From Camelus ferus (lineage: Eukaryota): a DNA stretch of 64,000 nt. Under the pieces are notes generated by a model that was given only the letters and a program-made list of their open reading frames with translations, was not told the DNA's origin and searched no databases. Numbering within the stretch: the stretch's first letter is position 1; the number at the start of each line of letters is the position of its first letter. Below are positions 25,201 through 39,409 of this stretch, one piece after another. The translations under genes and the position numbers were made by a program. The stretch lies in assembly GCF_009834535.1 (NCBI RefSeq), contig NC_045697.1, positions 38,504,001-38,568,000 of the forward strand, written 5' to 3'.

Positions 25201-25790
25201 TTTTGGCCTCGAGTCTAGTGCTCAATTGTTCCCACTACTCAGGCAGTACCCTTCTGAGGATTGTACTCCTTGCCCATATGTTGGAAGGTCTTTCCATTCT
25301 GACTAGTGGGAACAGGAACTATTCATGGTCCTGTGTGAACTCCGCTTGTGCCCTCTCATCCATGGTTTAGGTAGTTTCCTCACATGTATGTGTGAGTCAG
25401 TACTCAGCCAAAGACTCAGGGTAATCCCCTGCAGATCTCCAGACTTCTGTCTTTCTCTGTAGTCATCTCCTTATTACTGCCCTGTCCCTGAATTCCAGCT
25501 GCCTTGGTTTCCCTAACTCTCAACTGTTTCCTCAACCCTGAGAGATCACTGGGCTGTTCCTAGCCTCCTTCCTCCTGCACTATGGGCTGTAAGTTCTCTC
25601 CAGTCAGTAAATTAGGGAACCTGTAGGGCTCACCTCTTTTATTTCCCATCTCTTGGGGATCACTGTCCTGCACTGACTGTCGTCGAGTGTCTGAGAAACA
25701 TTGCTTTGTATATTTTGTCCAGTTTTTAGTCATTTTAATCTGGGGAGGAAAATCTGGTCCCTCTTACTTCATCATGGCCACAATCCTGGT
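22238..25790 (-). mobile_element. Old L1 block: 3' UTR and ORF2 end (22238-~23750), then ORF1/5' pieces (~23760-25790)
   Basis: Antisense ORF2 hallmarks 'gtggttttaatttgcatttgcctaatgactaatgacgttgaacat' and 'gatcaatttggggagaattgacatcttagcaatattgagtcttcc'; ORF1-side 'ggaaattttcaaccattatttcttcaaata'. Confidence 0.88.
24662..24920 (-). mobile_element. Young L1 3' end nested in old L1, 13-bp TSD
   Basis: tgttagctgtttt at 24649-24661 and 24921-24933; the minus-strand site reads TT/AAAAC, the L1 endonuclease consensus. Confidence 0.92.
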
Positions 25791-28700
25791 AACATTTTAA
25801 AGAATGAAAAAAATGGAAAGTGTGTGTATTTAAAGAGTGGTGTTGCTTCAGATTCTGTGATCATTTTAAGAGTGGAGCAAGAAACTGAACTTCAATAGAA
25901 AGCTTTTGCATTAAGCCTCATTAATCCTTTCCTTTGACTATATCTTTCAGAGGATTAGATATTCTAGTCCAGGTTTGGGTGATGGGAGCCCCCAATTGTC
26001 CTGTGTTGGCCTTGGTGAATTTCTCTGAGATGATGATCTAAAGGTTTGAATCACTGATTTAGGAGGTAGATTGGGTGATGAAGGAATGATATTAAATCAC
26101 TAACATTGCAGTCTTTGATTCTGGATTCAGACTTTATTTAGTAACTGTCCTATACCATGTGGCTGCACTTGGACTCCCTGTGTGTAAAAGGACAGTTTAT
26201 CATCCTCTATCAGAAGAGTCTGAAACATGAGATTTGGAAAGGTTTGACCCTACCTAAGACTAGAGGAAAGTCCTCTTCTAATTTCAAACCTTTCAATTTA
26301 GAAAACTGAAAATAATTTGTCTTTCTTAATCAACAAAGAAAACACATTTGATGATTTCTTTCTCATCCTTTCCTGAAGATATTGTCCCTTTTCTCAGCAG
26401 ACTTCAAAAAGCTCTGATTCTCTGTGCCTCCAATAATAAGCATAACTTCAGTAGGCTTCAGAATTAGGCCAGTGTGTATAATAATTCTTCTGATGAAAGG
26501 ACACTGATGACACGAAGAAAAGTGCTAATGAAGTTGTCAATGGCATCTGTGTATCAGAGGGTCCAAATTAAGCCAGAAAAGTCATTTTGAAGTTTATTTT
26601 CACCAAAAGGTACTTCCATACTCAATTACAAATATCTTTAAGTGATAAAATCTCTTTTCCTTATGATACTTGACTTGTGAAATTACTTTAGTACTTAATA
26701 ATTCATCATATGTCATAATATTACTGTCATGCCTCTAAAGCTTTCTTAGGAGCAAGAAACAAGCCTTGCTTTACCTCTTTCTCTTCTTTTTGAGTCCTCT
26801 CTCTCTCTGTCTGTCTGTCTCTGTCTTTTTCATGTTTACTTGGGAAGGAGCCTTCTTCCTTTTTACTACATCCCCAGAGGCAAGGATGTAGACAAAAACC
26901 AAAAAAAAAAAAAAAAAGCCATCCTTTGTAAACCTTGTAGTAACTGAAAAGCTTAGAGCAGTTCCTTTGTTTTTAAGCAGATAATGAAAGAAAGGAGATT
27001 CTGAAAGGAATGCCAAGGCATTGTCTGAATTTTCATTTTATTTCACATTTTCATTTAATTTTTAATTTTCATTTTATGTCATAGCCCCTGAATCTCCAAT
27101 TCACCTCAGAAGCAAATGAAACAGTGACTATATGAAAGGAAGAGAAATGCTTCAGGATGCTGAGATAATTGACATATAGGAAGAACATGGGTTTGTGTCC
27201 CTGGGAATACAGTGAATAATTACATACATATGTATCAAGGGGGAAAGTCTGTAAACATCCCCACATATTTAAACTTTTCTATTCCCTTCAATGTTTGTCC
27301 ACCCACATAATTATTTTGAAATAAAAATCATAACATAAATACAGCTTGATATTCAGATTTTTAAAATCAGCTTCACATAATACAAATTTTTCATGCTTTC
27401 AGCAGTTTTTTTTTTCTGGATTACTGTAAAGTCATTCAGTTTTGCCTCACTACGTGTGCTGATATAAGTTTGGTCACCAGAAGACAATCAGTTTTCATCT
27501 CTTCTTTGGGGAAGTGTATATTTTAACCTGTTTTAGCATTTTATGCCTCATTCTCTCGGCCTTTCTCCCTTCTGTCCACAGATACTCTTCCAGATTCATT
27601 TTAACTGAGATCTCTACGGGCTGGTGGTCCCTCAGGCATCGTCACTGGGCATCACATTTACTTTGTTCTTTGGCCTTTGCTCTGGATCATAGCGGAGCCT
27701 GCAGATGATTGTGCGTGGGTCTGGGGAAGGTCCATGGGGTAATAAATACTGCTGAGTTATTAACGTGTTCTTTTCGGTGTCCCATGTGCCTTCTACTGTA
27801 GTTGCCCTTTGCTTTTTGTGTTTGTTTTCTTGCTTAGTCTTTGAAGCATGCATTGCACTCACTATTAAAAAAAGAGAAAAATCTTTCCTTAGTAAGTGTG
27901 ATTGATCGAACTTTTCTTTCCTTTTGAATTTCTGTTTCTTATACCTGGCAGAATGACATAACTATTCCTAAGTTATATAATTACTTGTGCACACAAACTC
28001 CTATTCTCTGAAAATGGGTAGTCATTGTCCCAGATAATGAAAGATAAATGAAAAATGGTCCTGCAAAACCTAGGGAACATGTCACAGGGCTAGTTTTTGA
28101 AAATCCACTGTCTCCCTATCTGATAGCTCTCATCCTCATTTTTATCCCACCCACATTAAGAGTTAAGTGTCCATAGTCCTTTCTAACAGTCACTCTCTTG
28201 GCAGTATCCTGAACTTTCTTGCCCTTCCATAATGCAAGCCCTATATAAACTAAACCCTGAGTTAATTCTAACTATTTGCTTTCTCCTTGCCTGTTCCTAG
28301 GCTGCTGAGTTCATCTGGAAAATGATCAATCATACTACCAAGCATAAGTGAATGTATGAATTAGAGAAAAGTACTGTCCACCAGTATGTGAACAAGTAAA
28401 AAGTTTTGGTGGCACAGAGTAACAGTTATAGAAGTCAGAGAAGGAGGAGAGCATTGTGGATTGGGATAATCAGAGAAGGATGAGTTTTAACTTCTCATCA
28501 GTTTTCTGCCATTACTTCTGGTAACTGCTACCAAGAGGGATTTTATGAAGTGCCAAACCCAAACATTTAACAACAAAACTAAAGTTGTGAAAACCCTACG
28601 TACCACAGATAAACACCAAACAGATTCTTGAATATTTTCCACTAAAGAAACAAAGACTGACATGACAGAAGGTTTACCTAGGGAGTGATGGGAGGCTGGA

Positions 28701-28952
28701 AGGTAAAATTGCACCAGCTGATGGAAGGTCTTGAAATACTAGACAGAGGATTTTAAAACATGTTGGAAATATTTTCTTCTAGTTACCTGTCATCGAACAG
28801 AGATTTACCTGTCACTAAAGATTTCAAGAGATACCTAGAACTTGGTATAAAAGTTCCTTAAAGATAATTCATTTTCAGTTTAGAGAATTTCAGCTTCTCT
28901 TTTTGATTGTTTTCTTTAATACCTTTCACTAATTTTGAGAGTAATAGAAAAA

Positions 28953-28990
28953 AGTTAGAATGTAAGAACAGTTAGAATGTAAGAACAGTT
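28953..28990. repeat. 17-bp tandem duplication (agttagaatgtaagaac x2.2)
   Basis: Exact copies at 28953-28969 and 28970-28986. Confidence 0.95.
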
Positions 28991-29112
28991 TTAAAGAAGA
29001 AAATAAAATTCCATTCTTTTAAACCCAGAAGTGACCACTGTTACCATTTTATTGTCTGTTATATATATGTAAACATATTACGACAAAGGGATTATGGTAC
29101 TCAAATCTGTTT

Positions 29113-29274
29113 TTTTTTTTTTAAATATATCTTTTCCTTTTAAAAAATACACTCTTTGTTTTAGGGGGGGTAGGTAATTAGGTTTATTTATTTATTTTTT
29201 AATGGAGGTAACTGGGGACGACCTCATTCATGCTAGGCATGCGCTCTACCACTGAGCTAGCTATATCCTCCCCT
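29113..29274 (-). mobile_element. vic-1-type SINE with B-box deletion and extended tail, 13-bp TSD
   Basis: ctcaaatctgttt at 29100-29112 and 29275-29287; head 'gcgctctaccactgagcta'. Confidence 0.9.
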
Positions 29275-30187
29275 CTCAAATCTGTTTCTTAGACCTTTTT
29301 TCTTCTTAATATATCATGGGTGTTCTTCCATATCAAGAAGTAGAGATCTTTATTATGTTATTTAATGGCTAGATAGTATTCTGTGGCATGACTGTGCCAT
29401 AATGTAATTAACTTCTCTAATGATGGCATTTAGGTTGATTCCACATCTTCACCTTTATTTTTTTGTGAAAATACTTCCAGAGTGCACTTCTGAAAGTTTA
29501 TAATACCATTTCGTACTATCAACCTTGTAAGAAAAATATCCATTTCTTTATATCCTTGAGAAATCTGGGAATTATCAAATGTTTTCCCAATTTACTTTTT
29601 TCAGAAATACTTTTGTGCTAGATATTTTACGTTGGAAACCTGGCACCCACTAGCGGTCACTACCATTTTCCCCCAACTTCCCTCTCACCTCCAGCCCTAG
29701 GCAACCGTTAATTCACTTTCTGTCTCTATTGATTTGCCTATTCTGGGTATTTTATGTAATGAGATTATATAATATGTGACTGACCTCTATCATTTAGCAT
29801 AATATTTTCAAGGTTCACCCATACTGTAACATATATCAATAATTCATTCCTTTTTATTCCTAAATAATATTCCATTTATGGATATTTCACATTTTATTTA
29901 TCCCTTCATCAGCTGATGGACAGTTGGGTTGTTTCCACTTTTGGCTGTTATAATGATACTGCTACGAACATTCACATACAAGTTTTTGGGTAGACATATG
30001 CTTTACTTTCTTTTGAGTCTATGCCTAGGAGTTGAATTGCTGAGTAATATAGTAACTCTACGTTTAACCTTTTGAAAAACAGGTGGTTTCTAAAGTCATT
30101 ACACTATTTTAGTGCCACCAGCAATGTATGAAGGTTATCATTTCTTCACCAACTCTTGTTACTTCCTATCTTTCTGACTATAACATC

Positions 30188-30584
30188 TGTTACAGATTTA
30201 ATTGCTCCATCACCCCTCCCCCCATTTATGTATCGAAGCCTTAGCCCCCCCAAGACTATACTGGAGATACGGCTTTTAAAGAGATAATTGAGGTTAAATA
30301 AGGTCTTAAGGGTGGAGTCCTAGTCCAATAGGGTTGGTGTCCTTATAAGAAGAGGAAGAGACACCAGGTCACCGCGCACACACACAGAGAAAAGGCTACG
30401 TGAGGACATGGGCAGAAGGTGACCATTTGCAATCCAAAGAGAGAGGCCTCAGGAAAGACTAAATCAACTGATACCTTGATCTTGGACTTTTGGCCTCTAC
30501 AGCTGTGAGAAAATAAATTTCTGTTGTTTAACCCCCCCAACCCCAGTCTGGTATTTTGTTAAGCAGTCCTAGCAGACAGATACA
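30188..30584 (+). mobile_element. MaLR solo LTR (MLT1A-like) inserted in L1
   Basis: TG...CA ends; 'ggtgtccttataagaagaggaagagacacc' and 'accttgatcttggactt...gtgagaaaataaatttctgttgtttaa'. Confidence 0.9.
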
Positions 30585-31854
30585 TTGTCCTAGTTGGTGT
30601 GAAGTGGTGTGTGGTGCTTTTGGATGGTATTTCCCTAATGGCTAATGATGCCAAGCATCTTTTGTATTTGTTATTATCCCTTGCATTTTTTAATATCGTC
30701 TGTTTGTTATGATTTCATGTTGTTCCTTTTACTTTCTTTCCTATCTTTTTCTGAGTTGATCAGCTTCATAAATTTAAAATCCCATTTCAGTTGTAATAAT
30801 GTTTATCCTTAGGTTTTTATAAATGTTTTTAAACATTAATTTTCTGTCTGTGCCAAGACTGAAACAGTGAGACCCGAAGCAGGCTTTTTCTTCTCTTCTC
30901 CAGTGTCATGACTGTCAGCTCTCCTCCCGCTCCCTGCCACTGCTGCTTATTGATCTCAACTCTACTTTCCATGTCATCGTAAAACTGATTCAAGTTATGT
31001 AAGAGATGAGGCCTATTTCTGGACTGTACTGCAAGTTCAGTACAAGCTTCTAGCCTTTCAAAAAGAAAGCTACAATTCTCAAACTCCTTGACTCCTACAG
31101 CTTGAAACTGGTAAATCTTTCAGATAGAAAAAGAAAATTGATTCCTTCTTGGGAATTGCCTTTTCAAGTTTCTTTTAAATGTTCTACATTTGTTTATCTA
31201 TAAATTTTGGAAATATAACTACTGAAAAATGGAAAGTAAATGGGATAATATTTGGGCAAAACAAAATGTGGAGTATTTTTAGGAGGCAAGACATTACATA
31301 GATCCAAAGCCAGTAAAGAAAATCAAAAGCTCTGATTTCTTTTCAAAATATGATATAGTGAAATTAGCTCAATAGAGCTTTGTCAAGTATAAAAACCTGG
31401 TTTTCAGAGTGATTTTGAATTTTTATGATTACACATAATTCCTTCAGATGGTTTGTGTGTGGATTGCTATCTCAAGCCCACTGGTCTCTTTGAAATTGCT
31501 TTGATGTATTTACATGCATTCTTGCCATCAAAATCATGTGACCCTTTTGCCTTTTACTTCAGTGTAAATGTTCTTCTAGTTTAAGTGAGTTTTTAAAGAC
31601 TTCTGCCTTGTGATTTAAAAGTCAGGCTCTCAGCATTGATTGACGGACTGAAAAATATTTCAGCACATTGCACAACAGTTTATGGTTCTATTAGAAATAA
31701 CAAATTGCTTAGTTAGTCAACAGTATTTATCAAGCCTCAGTTTTAAAGCACTGCACTAAATACTATGGAAATGTGTGGGAAATCCCTCGTGAACCCAAAT
31801 CTAATAACATGCATTAAAAAAATAGAAAAAAACCAAAGCACAGAAAAAAATTGA

Positions 31855-32090
31855 AAGCACAACTTAGTGGTTAAATTTGCAAGCTTCAAGTCAGCCTAAG
31901 TGGATTCATGTCCCCATTTGTTAGCGCCGATGTTGGAAAAGTCACTAAGCTTCAGTTTGTACATATGTGGAATGGAGAATACAGGAATAGTACCTGCCTC
32001 ATAGGCTGGGAAAGTTTAAACAGGATAAAACATGTATGTATGCTCAATATAGTAGCTGACACATAGTAAGCGGTCAGTACATGCAAGTGA
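31855..32090 (+). mobile_element. MIR
   Basis: 'gcttcagtttgtacatatgtggaatgg...atagtacctgcctcatagg...gacacatagtaagcggtcagta'. Confidence 0.75.
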
Positions 32091-32094
32091 TTGT

Positions 32095-33460
32095 TTTTAA
32101 GAATTTTTAAATGATTAAATATTACATATATCCAGAAAGTGAGCAAATCATACATGTACATGTTAACAAATCATAATAAAATGAGTACCGGTGGAATCAG
32201 TACTCTGATGACAGCATGTGGAACGTTGCCAGCATCCAGAAACCTACTCTCTGAGAACCTTCCCCATTATAACTCATTCCTTCCCTCCCTCCCTCATTTC
32301 TTGACTTTTATTATAATCATTTTCTTACTTTTCTTAAAGTTTTACCACCTAGACAATGTATTTTAGTTTTGTCTATTTTTGGACTCCATTAAAGGGATGT
32401 ATTTTGCTTCTTTCACTCAGCATTGTCTGTAAGAATCATTGTTGGTGAGTGTTGCTCTAATTCATTCCTTCTCATTGCTGTATGGTATTCCACCATATAA
32501 ATATCTAAACAATTTATTGATCTGCTTTTATTGATGGATATCTAAGTTATTTTCAGTATTTAATTCTTAAAAACAGTGCTGCCACGAACATCCTGGTGCT
32601 CAAACTAAAGAGATTCTCTAGGAATGCAATTATTGAGTCATAGAGGATGTTTGTCTTCAATTTTATGAGTTAATGCCAAATAAACAGTTTTCTGCAATGG
32701 TCCTTCCAGTTTTCACTCTCATTAGCTCTGAATGAGGGTTTCCATTACTTCATATTCTCACGAAGTACTAGATATTTGTCAGATTTTAATGTTTACAATC
32801 TGGTATGTAGATATATTATTGCAACTCATTTTTTAAAAAATAATCTCAAACTTACAGAAAAGTTGCAAGTACAGCACAAATAACCATTTTTTTCTTGAAC
32901 CATCTGAGGGTAATTTGCCAGCATAATACCCTAATGTCCCAGAATACTTTAGTTTGTGTTTTCTACAAACAAGGACATTCTTTTATGTATCCATAATATA
33001 ATCAACAAAATCAGGAAACTTACTTGATTACACTGGCTCTACAGACCCCATACTGGTTTCACTAACTGTCTGAATCATGTCCTTTATGGTAAAAGGATCC
33101 AGTTTAGAATGCATATTGTGTTTAGTTGCCACATCCCTCTGGTCTCTAATCTGCAGCCATTGCTCAGTCTTTTCTTGACTCTCATAGCCTTGATGCTTTT
33201 GCAAATAACAGGCAATTTATTTTGTTGATTATGGCTCAATTTATGATTGTTGTTTTCTCATGATTAGATTCGAATTAGGTATTCTTCCAGGAATATAAAC
33301 AGAAGATGGTCTACTGTGTTCTCATTGCATCCTAGCCAGTGGCAGGTGATTTTGATTCATCTTATTACTGCTGATGATGAACTTGATTAAGGTGATGACT
33401 GCTGAGCTTCTCCGTCATACAATTACTCTTTTTTCTTTCTGTAATAAATAAGTATTTTTG
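32095..33460 (-). mobile_element. Old L1 3' fragments (L1ME-like, then L1MC/MD-like from ~32830)
   Basis: 'ttcattccttctcattgctgtatggtattcca' and 'ctcaaacttacagaaaagttgcaagtacagcacaaa'. Confidence 0.78.
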
Positions 33461-33519
33461 GCCTGTGAGAGCCACTTCAAGCTGCCTTTCTGTCTTTTTG
33501 ACAGGTCACCCTCTTTTAC

Positions 33520-34120
33520 TGCTTCCTAACTTTCTAGTGTCCACTCTTCATGCTAAGTCATTCTCCCATGGGAAAGCCCTCGTTTCCTGTAGGTGGCCAC
33601 TCCCAAATTTATTGCTTGCTCAGATCTCTCCTCTGAATTTCATCCCTGTCTATCCAGTTGCCTACCTGGCTTTTCTTGTTGGGTATCTAATGGGCATCTT
33701 CAGTTTTATTAGCTCTGAATACAATTCCTTACTTTATCCAGTAAATGGGGTCTTCCCCTGGGCGTCTCCATCTCAGTCAGTTGCATCGCCATCTTCCTCC
33801 TGCCTCAGGCCCAGAAACCTCCATGTCAGCCTTTAGGCTTTGCTTCAGACCGTCAGCAAGTTTTGCACATCTACCTCCTAAATATGCCTCCTGTCTTTCC
33901 AGTTGACTTGGCTCACTCCCGCCTTCCTCTTGGATTTTTACAGTAGCCTCTTCACTGGTTTCACCCCATACCTCATTACTCTCTATTAAAACACCCTCTT
34001 TTCTTCACAGGACTTATATGTGAAGGCATTTGCTTCTTAACTTGCCTGTTGCCTTCTTTTCCGCATTTGACTCCAAGCTCATGAGATCAGCAGCTCGTGC
34101 CCTGTTAACAGGGTGTTAGA
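33520..34120 (+). mobile_element. L2 fragment
   Basis: 'cagatctctcctctgaatttcatccctgtctatccagttgcctacctgg' and 'acagtagcctcttcactggt'. Confidence 0.75.
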
Positions 34121-34756
34121 AAAGAGTCACGGTGGTTCAGTACTTAATGCCACCAGAGAGGAACACAGTGCAATTGTCTAAAAGAGAAAATGCACCTTTT
34201 TTGAGGTACAGAGAAGAAGATTAAATGCTAATGTTGATGTAAGAGAATAAAATGATTTTTAGAAGCTGATTTTTCCAAAACTACAAAAGGCTGAGACAGG
34301 AAGACAGGATCAATGAGAATATTAATAAACCATGATGGAATCTGCATCAGTGACTTCTCTTACCTTTAAATTGAAAACAGCTTGTCTCTCAAGGCGATAG
34401 AGCTTATAAGAGAGGCCTCTCAGAGCCAGTCTCCCAACTTCTGTTTTGTAAATCACGGCTCCCAAGGAGGATGTACTGTACGCTTATGTAGAGCGGGAAA
34501 CTGAGCCGAGCAGAGGGCTTATCATTATCTCTAAGGTTTTGTCAGGGGACGTGATTACTAGGTAAAGGGAAAATGAAAACAAGCAGCAGAGAAGAATGGG
34601 AACCCAGTTACTTTTCTAAGAGTTGTAACAATTAGACCCACTCAGATCTGTTGTGAAGATTTGGGATTTTTACCCAGTGATTTTTTTTTTTAAGTGTTTC
34701 AAAACTGATTTTTTTGGTTAAAGTAGAAATTTAATCTAATAGTAATGATAACAATT

Positions 34757-35212
34757 GCTATTTGAGTCAACTGTTCTATGGTAACAAATAGCCCCCAAGT
34801 TTCAGTGGCTTGCAAGAGCAGAGGTTTATTTCTTGCCTACATCTTGTGTCTTTAATAGATTGGCATTCAATCTGCTCCTGCTCCTTGTACCTTTTCATTC
34901 TGTGATCCAGGCTGAAGGAGCAGCCTTTCTTTCTGGGACATAGTGTGCTCATGGCAGAGGGAAAAAGAGAGAGCCAGTGGAAAATGCATCACCTACTAAA
35001 ACTTCTGCTCAGACATTGTGTCATGTCTTCTCATAGGCTAGTGGCCAAGGCAAGTCACATGGCCAAGTCCATTGTCAATGAGTTGAGGGCGAAGTAATCC
35101 TCCTCCAGGATCTTGTGAACCACATGGAACCACTGGAGATCAGGGGACATCCTGTGGATACCTGAGGAGCCAGGAAGGGCACTAACGTATTTGGAAACAG
35201 TAGTACAATTTA
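34757..35212 (-). mobile_element. Old MaLR LTR (MLT1I/J/K-like)
   Basis: 'gtaacaaatagcccccaagtttcagtggcttgcaagagcagaggtttatttcttgc' and 'tggccaaggcaagtcacatggccaag'. Confidence 0.78.
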
Positions 35213-35214
35213 CC

Positions 35215-35430
35215 ATGTTGGCAAATGTTTACTGAATGCTATTTGCCAGGTACTTTTTCACGTGCTTTACATTTATTAACTCATTAAGTCTCCACAGTTA
35301 TCCTATCAGGCAGGTATTATTAATTACTTCCATTTTACAGATGTGGAAACTGAGGCCTGAATCCACACAGCTCGTAACTAGCAGAGCCAGGCTTCAAACC
35401 CAGGCATCTAGGTTTGAAGGCATCTGCAGT
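35215..35430 (-). mobile_element. MIR
   Basis: 'ccattttacagatgtggaaactgaggc'. Confidence 0.85.
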
Positions 35431-36189
35431 CTAGGAAATTTGAGAATAAGCACAAGTTGTTGGTTGACACATTTTTGTGTGTGCTTTTTTAGAACAGTGC
35501 TGCATAATGATTAATGTTAAATTGTGTTAGTAGTTTCTCTTCTAGGAATAGTACATTTCTAAGGCACTAAAAATTTAAAGGGACCTAACTGTGATAACTA
35601 CATGGACCAATCGTTTGATCTCTTAAGGACCTGAGAATTCTCTCCATTCAAATTTGCCTTTCATATCAGCATTCTGATTTGTGAACCCATGGAGATTAAT
35701 GTATTTTGCTTCGTAGATTTATTGAGTTCATACTGTTTGCTTAGCACTTTGGTTTTCTTGATTTCCTTAGTCTTTCAGAAGTGACATTAAAATCCCATTG
35801 ATTCACTTAAAGGTGCAGCTCAATGCCTTTTCCCCTGGGAAGCCTTCCTTGTCATCTCAAGTTGAGTTTGCCACTCCCACCTCTGAGGCCCGTTAGAAGG
35901 AGCTCAGGAGACCTGATATCATCACTTGTCAACCGTGTGACCTGGGGATAGGCTCCGTCTCCTCTGAGTAAAGAGGTCTGGAATACATACCTCACAGAAT
36001 GCTCATGAAGCTTCAATAATGTTTCATTTAAAAGTACTTTGTGACTGTTAAGGTTTTCTGCACAAATGTAAGGATCTGATCAATCTTTGTAACATTCTTC
36101 CTGACTTTTTCTCTGACCTTTCTGCCCTCCCCTCTTCTGTTCATTCACTCAACACAGATTTCCTGAGCCCCTGCTGTTAAGAACAGACG

Positions 36190-36540
36190 CTGCAGTGCTT
36201 AGGGACACGGACTCTGGGGCCAGACTGCTTGAAATCCGTGCTCTACCATTTATTCTCAGTTTAATATTTAACCTTACCTTGCCCTCAGTTTTCTAATCTG
36301 TAAAATGGAAATAGTAATAATACTTTTATTTCTTGGCTTATTGTGGGGATTAAATTAATATACGTAAGTAGCTTAGAACTCTGCCTGGTATGTATCATTA
36401 TCTCCTAGAATGTATTCTTTCCATAAGGGTAGTGATTTTTTTTAGTTTGTGTTTTTTTATGGCTGTGACTCAGTGTCAAGCAGTGTCTAGAAATAATAGG
36501 CACTCAATAAATATCTGTTAAATGAGTGAGTGAATATGAT
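36190..36540 (+). mobile_element. MIR (~36190-36395) followed by L2 3' end (~36400-36540)
   Basis: 'cctcagttttctaatctgtaaaatggaaatagtaataa' and 'taggcactcaataaatatctgttaaatgagtgagtgaat'. Confidence 0.8.
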
Positions 36541-38924
36541 AAGCTTTATGGAGGAAAAAAATTGAAGACAGAGTGAAATCATGTAGTAAATGCTTTTAGT
36601 GAAGCCTGGAAAATACTGTTCTTTGTATCATCCTTTCCACGTTGCCATGAAGAGTTACAGGCAAAACTTAGAGAAGTAAGGGCCCTGACAAAAAATACCT
36701 TTGAAAATCAGTTTACCAAACCATGAGTTCTTCAAGCATTGGGATTGTGTCTCATTATGCCTTTGAATCCACAGCACCTACCTTGATTCCCAGCTTCTAG
36801 AACGAGTTCAAAAAATGAATGGACAAGTGAATGAATGAGTAGTGTCTATTCTCTGAAAGACTGACTGGAAGAAATGTCATCCACCCACTCTTTTTTTGAA
36901 CTCCTGAGTCTTATCATTCAATCTGCCAGTCAATAACACTGCTGAGCAAAATTACCTTAGTCACTTAAGGAATCCCCTTCCTGGAGTTGAGTTTTAATGT
37001 TTTGTCCTTTTTTTTTTTTTAAATCAAAGGATGATACAAGGAAATAAAAACATATAAAATCAGTTACTACTTTTATTACTGAAGCTTTAGGGTAGTGTCA
37101 CTGTCTCAGTTCAGTCCCTCCACCCCCATTCCACCCCACCCTGGCAAGAGTGTTCCATTTGAGAATTGCCTTTGAAAATCATGGGCTAGGGAAACTGCTT
37201 TCCTTGAGTGTTGCGCGCCTCCTCTTTTCTGCTCTTGAGAATGATGGGACCAATTGTGCCTCTTTTTTCATTTTGACTGCCTGGAGTTTAATTATAGCAT
37301 GTGTATTTGTGTCTTTCAGTTCAGTGGTTTTGAATTTCTACTGTCACTTAAGTTTTCCCAGCCTAGACTTTACAATGTCTATTAATATTTTACTGTTACT
37401 TGGTTACACATGTACTTGCTGAAAACTACCCCAAATCCCTATGCAATGAGGTAAATTGTAAATAAATACACATGCATGCATCCTTACCGTCCTAAAAACA
37501 GCTACTCACACAGAGTTCTTTAAGTTTGTCTGCTGACACTGAGTAGGAAGAATCTCTTCTCCACAGAGCAAGTAAAACTACCAAGTGCAGTTCCTCTGTG
37601 TTGTCTCTGTGCATCCTACGTTATAAATAGGTTCATTAAAATGTTTGGATCAAGCAGATGTAGTTTTCTGAAAATAAGCCGCCTACTTTTGTGTTCTTTC
37701 CGTTTGCTAAAATAGTGCTTTTGCCTGAAAGCCTCTTGGGCCATACAGAAAATCCTCTGAGTAAATTAATGTTTTTTTATGGCTTCCTCAAAGGAAAGTG
37801 CTTGGGCAAAGGTACACCTTGTTTGTGTTCTGTCTGTTATTCTCAAAAAAGAACATTTTGGGGGAGTTGTAATCATTTCAGCTCGATTGGCAACCATTTT
37901 ATTAGCATTTTGTAGAAGAAGATAAATCTCTGTCTAAGACCTATAACTTGTCTACTTGATATTTGTTTTAGGGGGATATAATGCCTTATCTTTATGGCTG
38001 GCTGTCACCTTTGTGATGATGTGTCAACAGGAGAGAGAAGAATGTGTATCACAAGGTGACAGCAAAGTGCCACATCCATCAGAGTGATGTCACAGAGCTG
38101 GCACTACCATCAGTCAGCTCTGGAAGGATTCTGGCTGAATTCTAAAGTCACATATTGATGAAAGATTGAGAACCATTTCAGCACAGCTTCTTTTTCAGTA
38201 TTATTTGAACTTCAGGGAAACACAAGCTTGCACTCTTACTCCTCCAAACCTTAAATGCTCTTTTTTTGTCTTCTTTCTTGCTTCCTCAGCTGGCAGAAAT
38301 CTGATACTTTCTTCATATTCAGCCCAAAGTCATTTCTCTGGACCACTGCCCACCTCCCCTGTGCAGAAGTAGCTGCATGTTGTATATTGTGTGGTAGAAG
38401 TTGTTACATTATAGTGTTGTGATTGCTCACCCCTCCGGGGAGGAAATACTCTTAAAGTCCTGTTATGATGTTATTATGAAAAAGGAGGAAAATTGTCATT
38501 AATATTCACAGAAGAGAAAAAGATTCTCACACTTACTGCCATACCTCTAGTGCGTTTTCTCCTCTTTCTTGGGAGAGGGTCTCCTTAGTAAAGCTATACA
38601 AAACCTTTCTAAATGTACTCGGCCTGTCCAAATACCGTCATCGCACACATTCCTAACTAACCCTAGGAGCCTCTTCAACCTCCCAGACACAGTGCTGCAT
38701 AGTACCTGTGCACTTATCCTGGACTTTACAAATATTAATAACTTTTATTGAAATTTCCCTTTGTATAAAAATCAATGCATGTTTATTACAGAAACGCTAT
38801 CAAAAGCAGCCATACCAGAAAAGTCATAGCTGAGTCACTCCTATATTTTGATATTTTTAACCATTCTATATTTTGAACAGGGAATAGTTTCATACTGTTT
38901 TGCTACCTGCTTGTTGTTTGCTTG

Positions 38925-39373
38925 TTTTTACTGAAGTACAGTTGATTTATAATGTTTCAGGTGTACAGCAAAGTGATTCAGTTATATATATATCTATATA
39001 TACTTTTTCAGACTCTTTTCCATTATAGGTTATTATAAGGAATTGAATATAGTTCCCTGTGCTATCCAGTAGGTCTTTATTATTTATCTGTTGTATATAT
39101 AGTAGTGTGTATCCATTAATCCCAAACTCCTAATTTATCCCTCCCCTACCCCCCTTTCCCCTTTGGTAACTATAAATTTGTTTTCTATGTCTGTGAGTTG
39201 GTTTCTGTTCTGTAAATAAGTTCATTTGTGTCATTTTTTTAGATTTCACATATGTGATATCATACTGATATTTGTCTTTCTATGACTTACTTCACTTAGT
39301 ATAATAATCTCTAGGTCCACTCATGTTGCTGCAAATGGCATTATTTAATTATTTTTGTGGCTGAGTAATATTC

Positions 39374-39409
<36 letters not shown>

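Larger units (their letters stand above)
28910..30700 (-). mobile_element. Old L1 fragments (L1ME-like ~28910-29590, L1MB-like ~29610-30700), split by a SINE and an LTR
   Basis: 'cagccctaggcaaccgttaattcactttctgtctctattgatttgcctattctgg' and 'cagctgatggacagttgggttgtttccacttttggct'. Confidence 0.8.
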
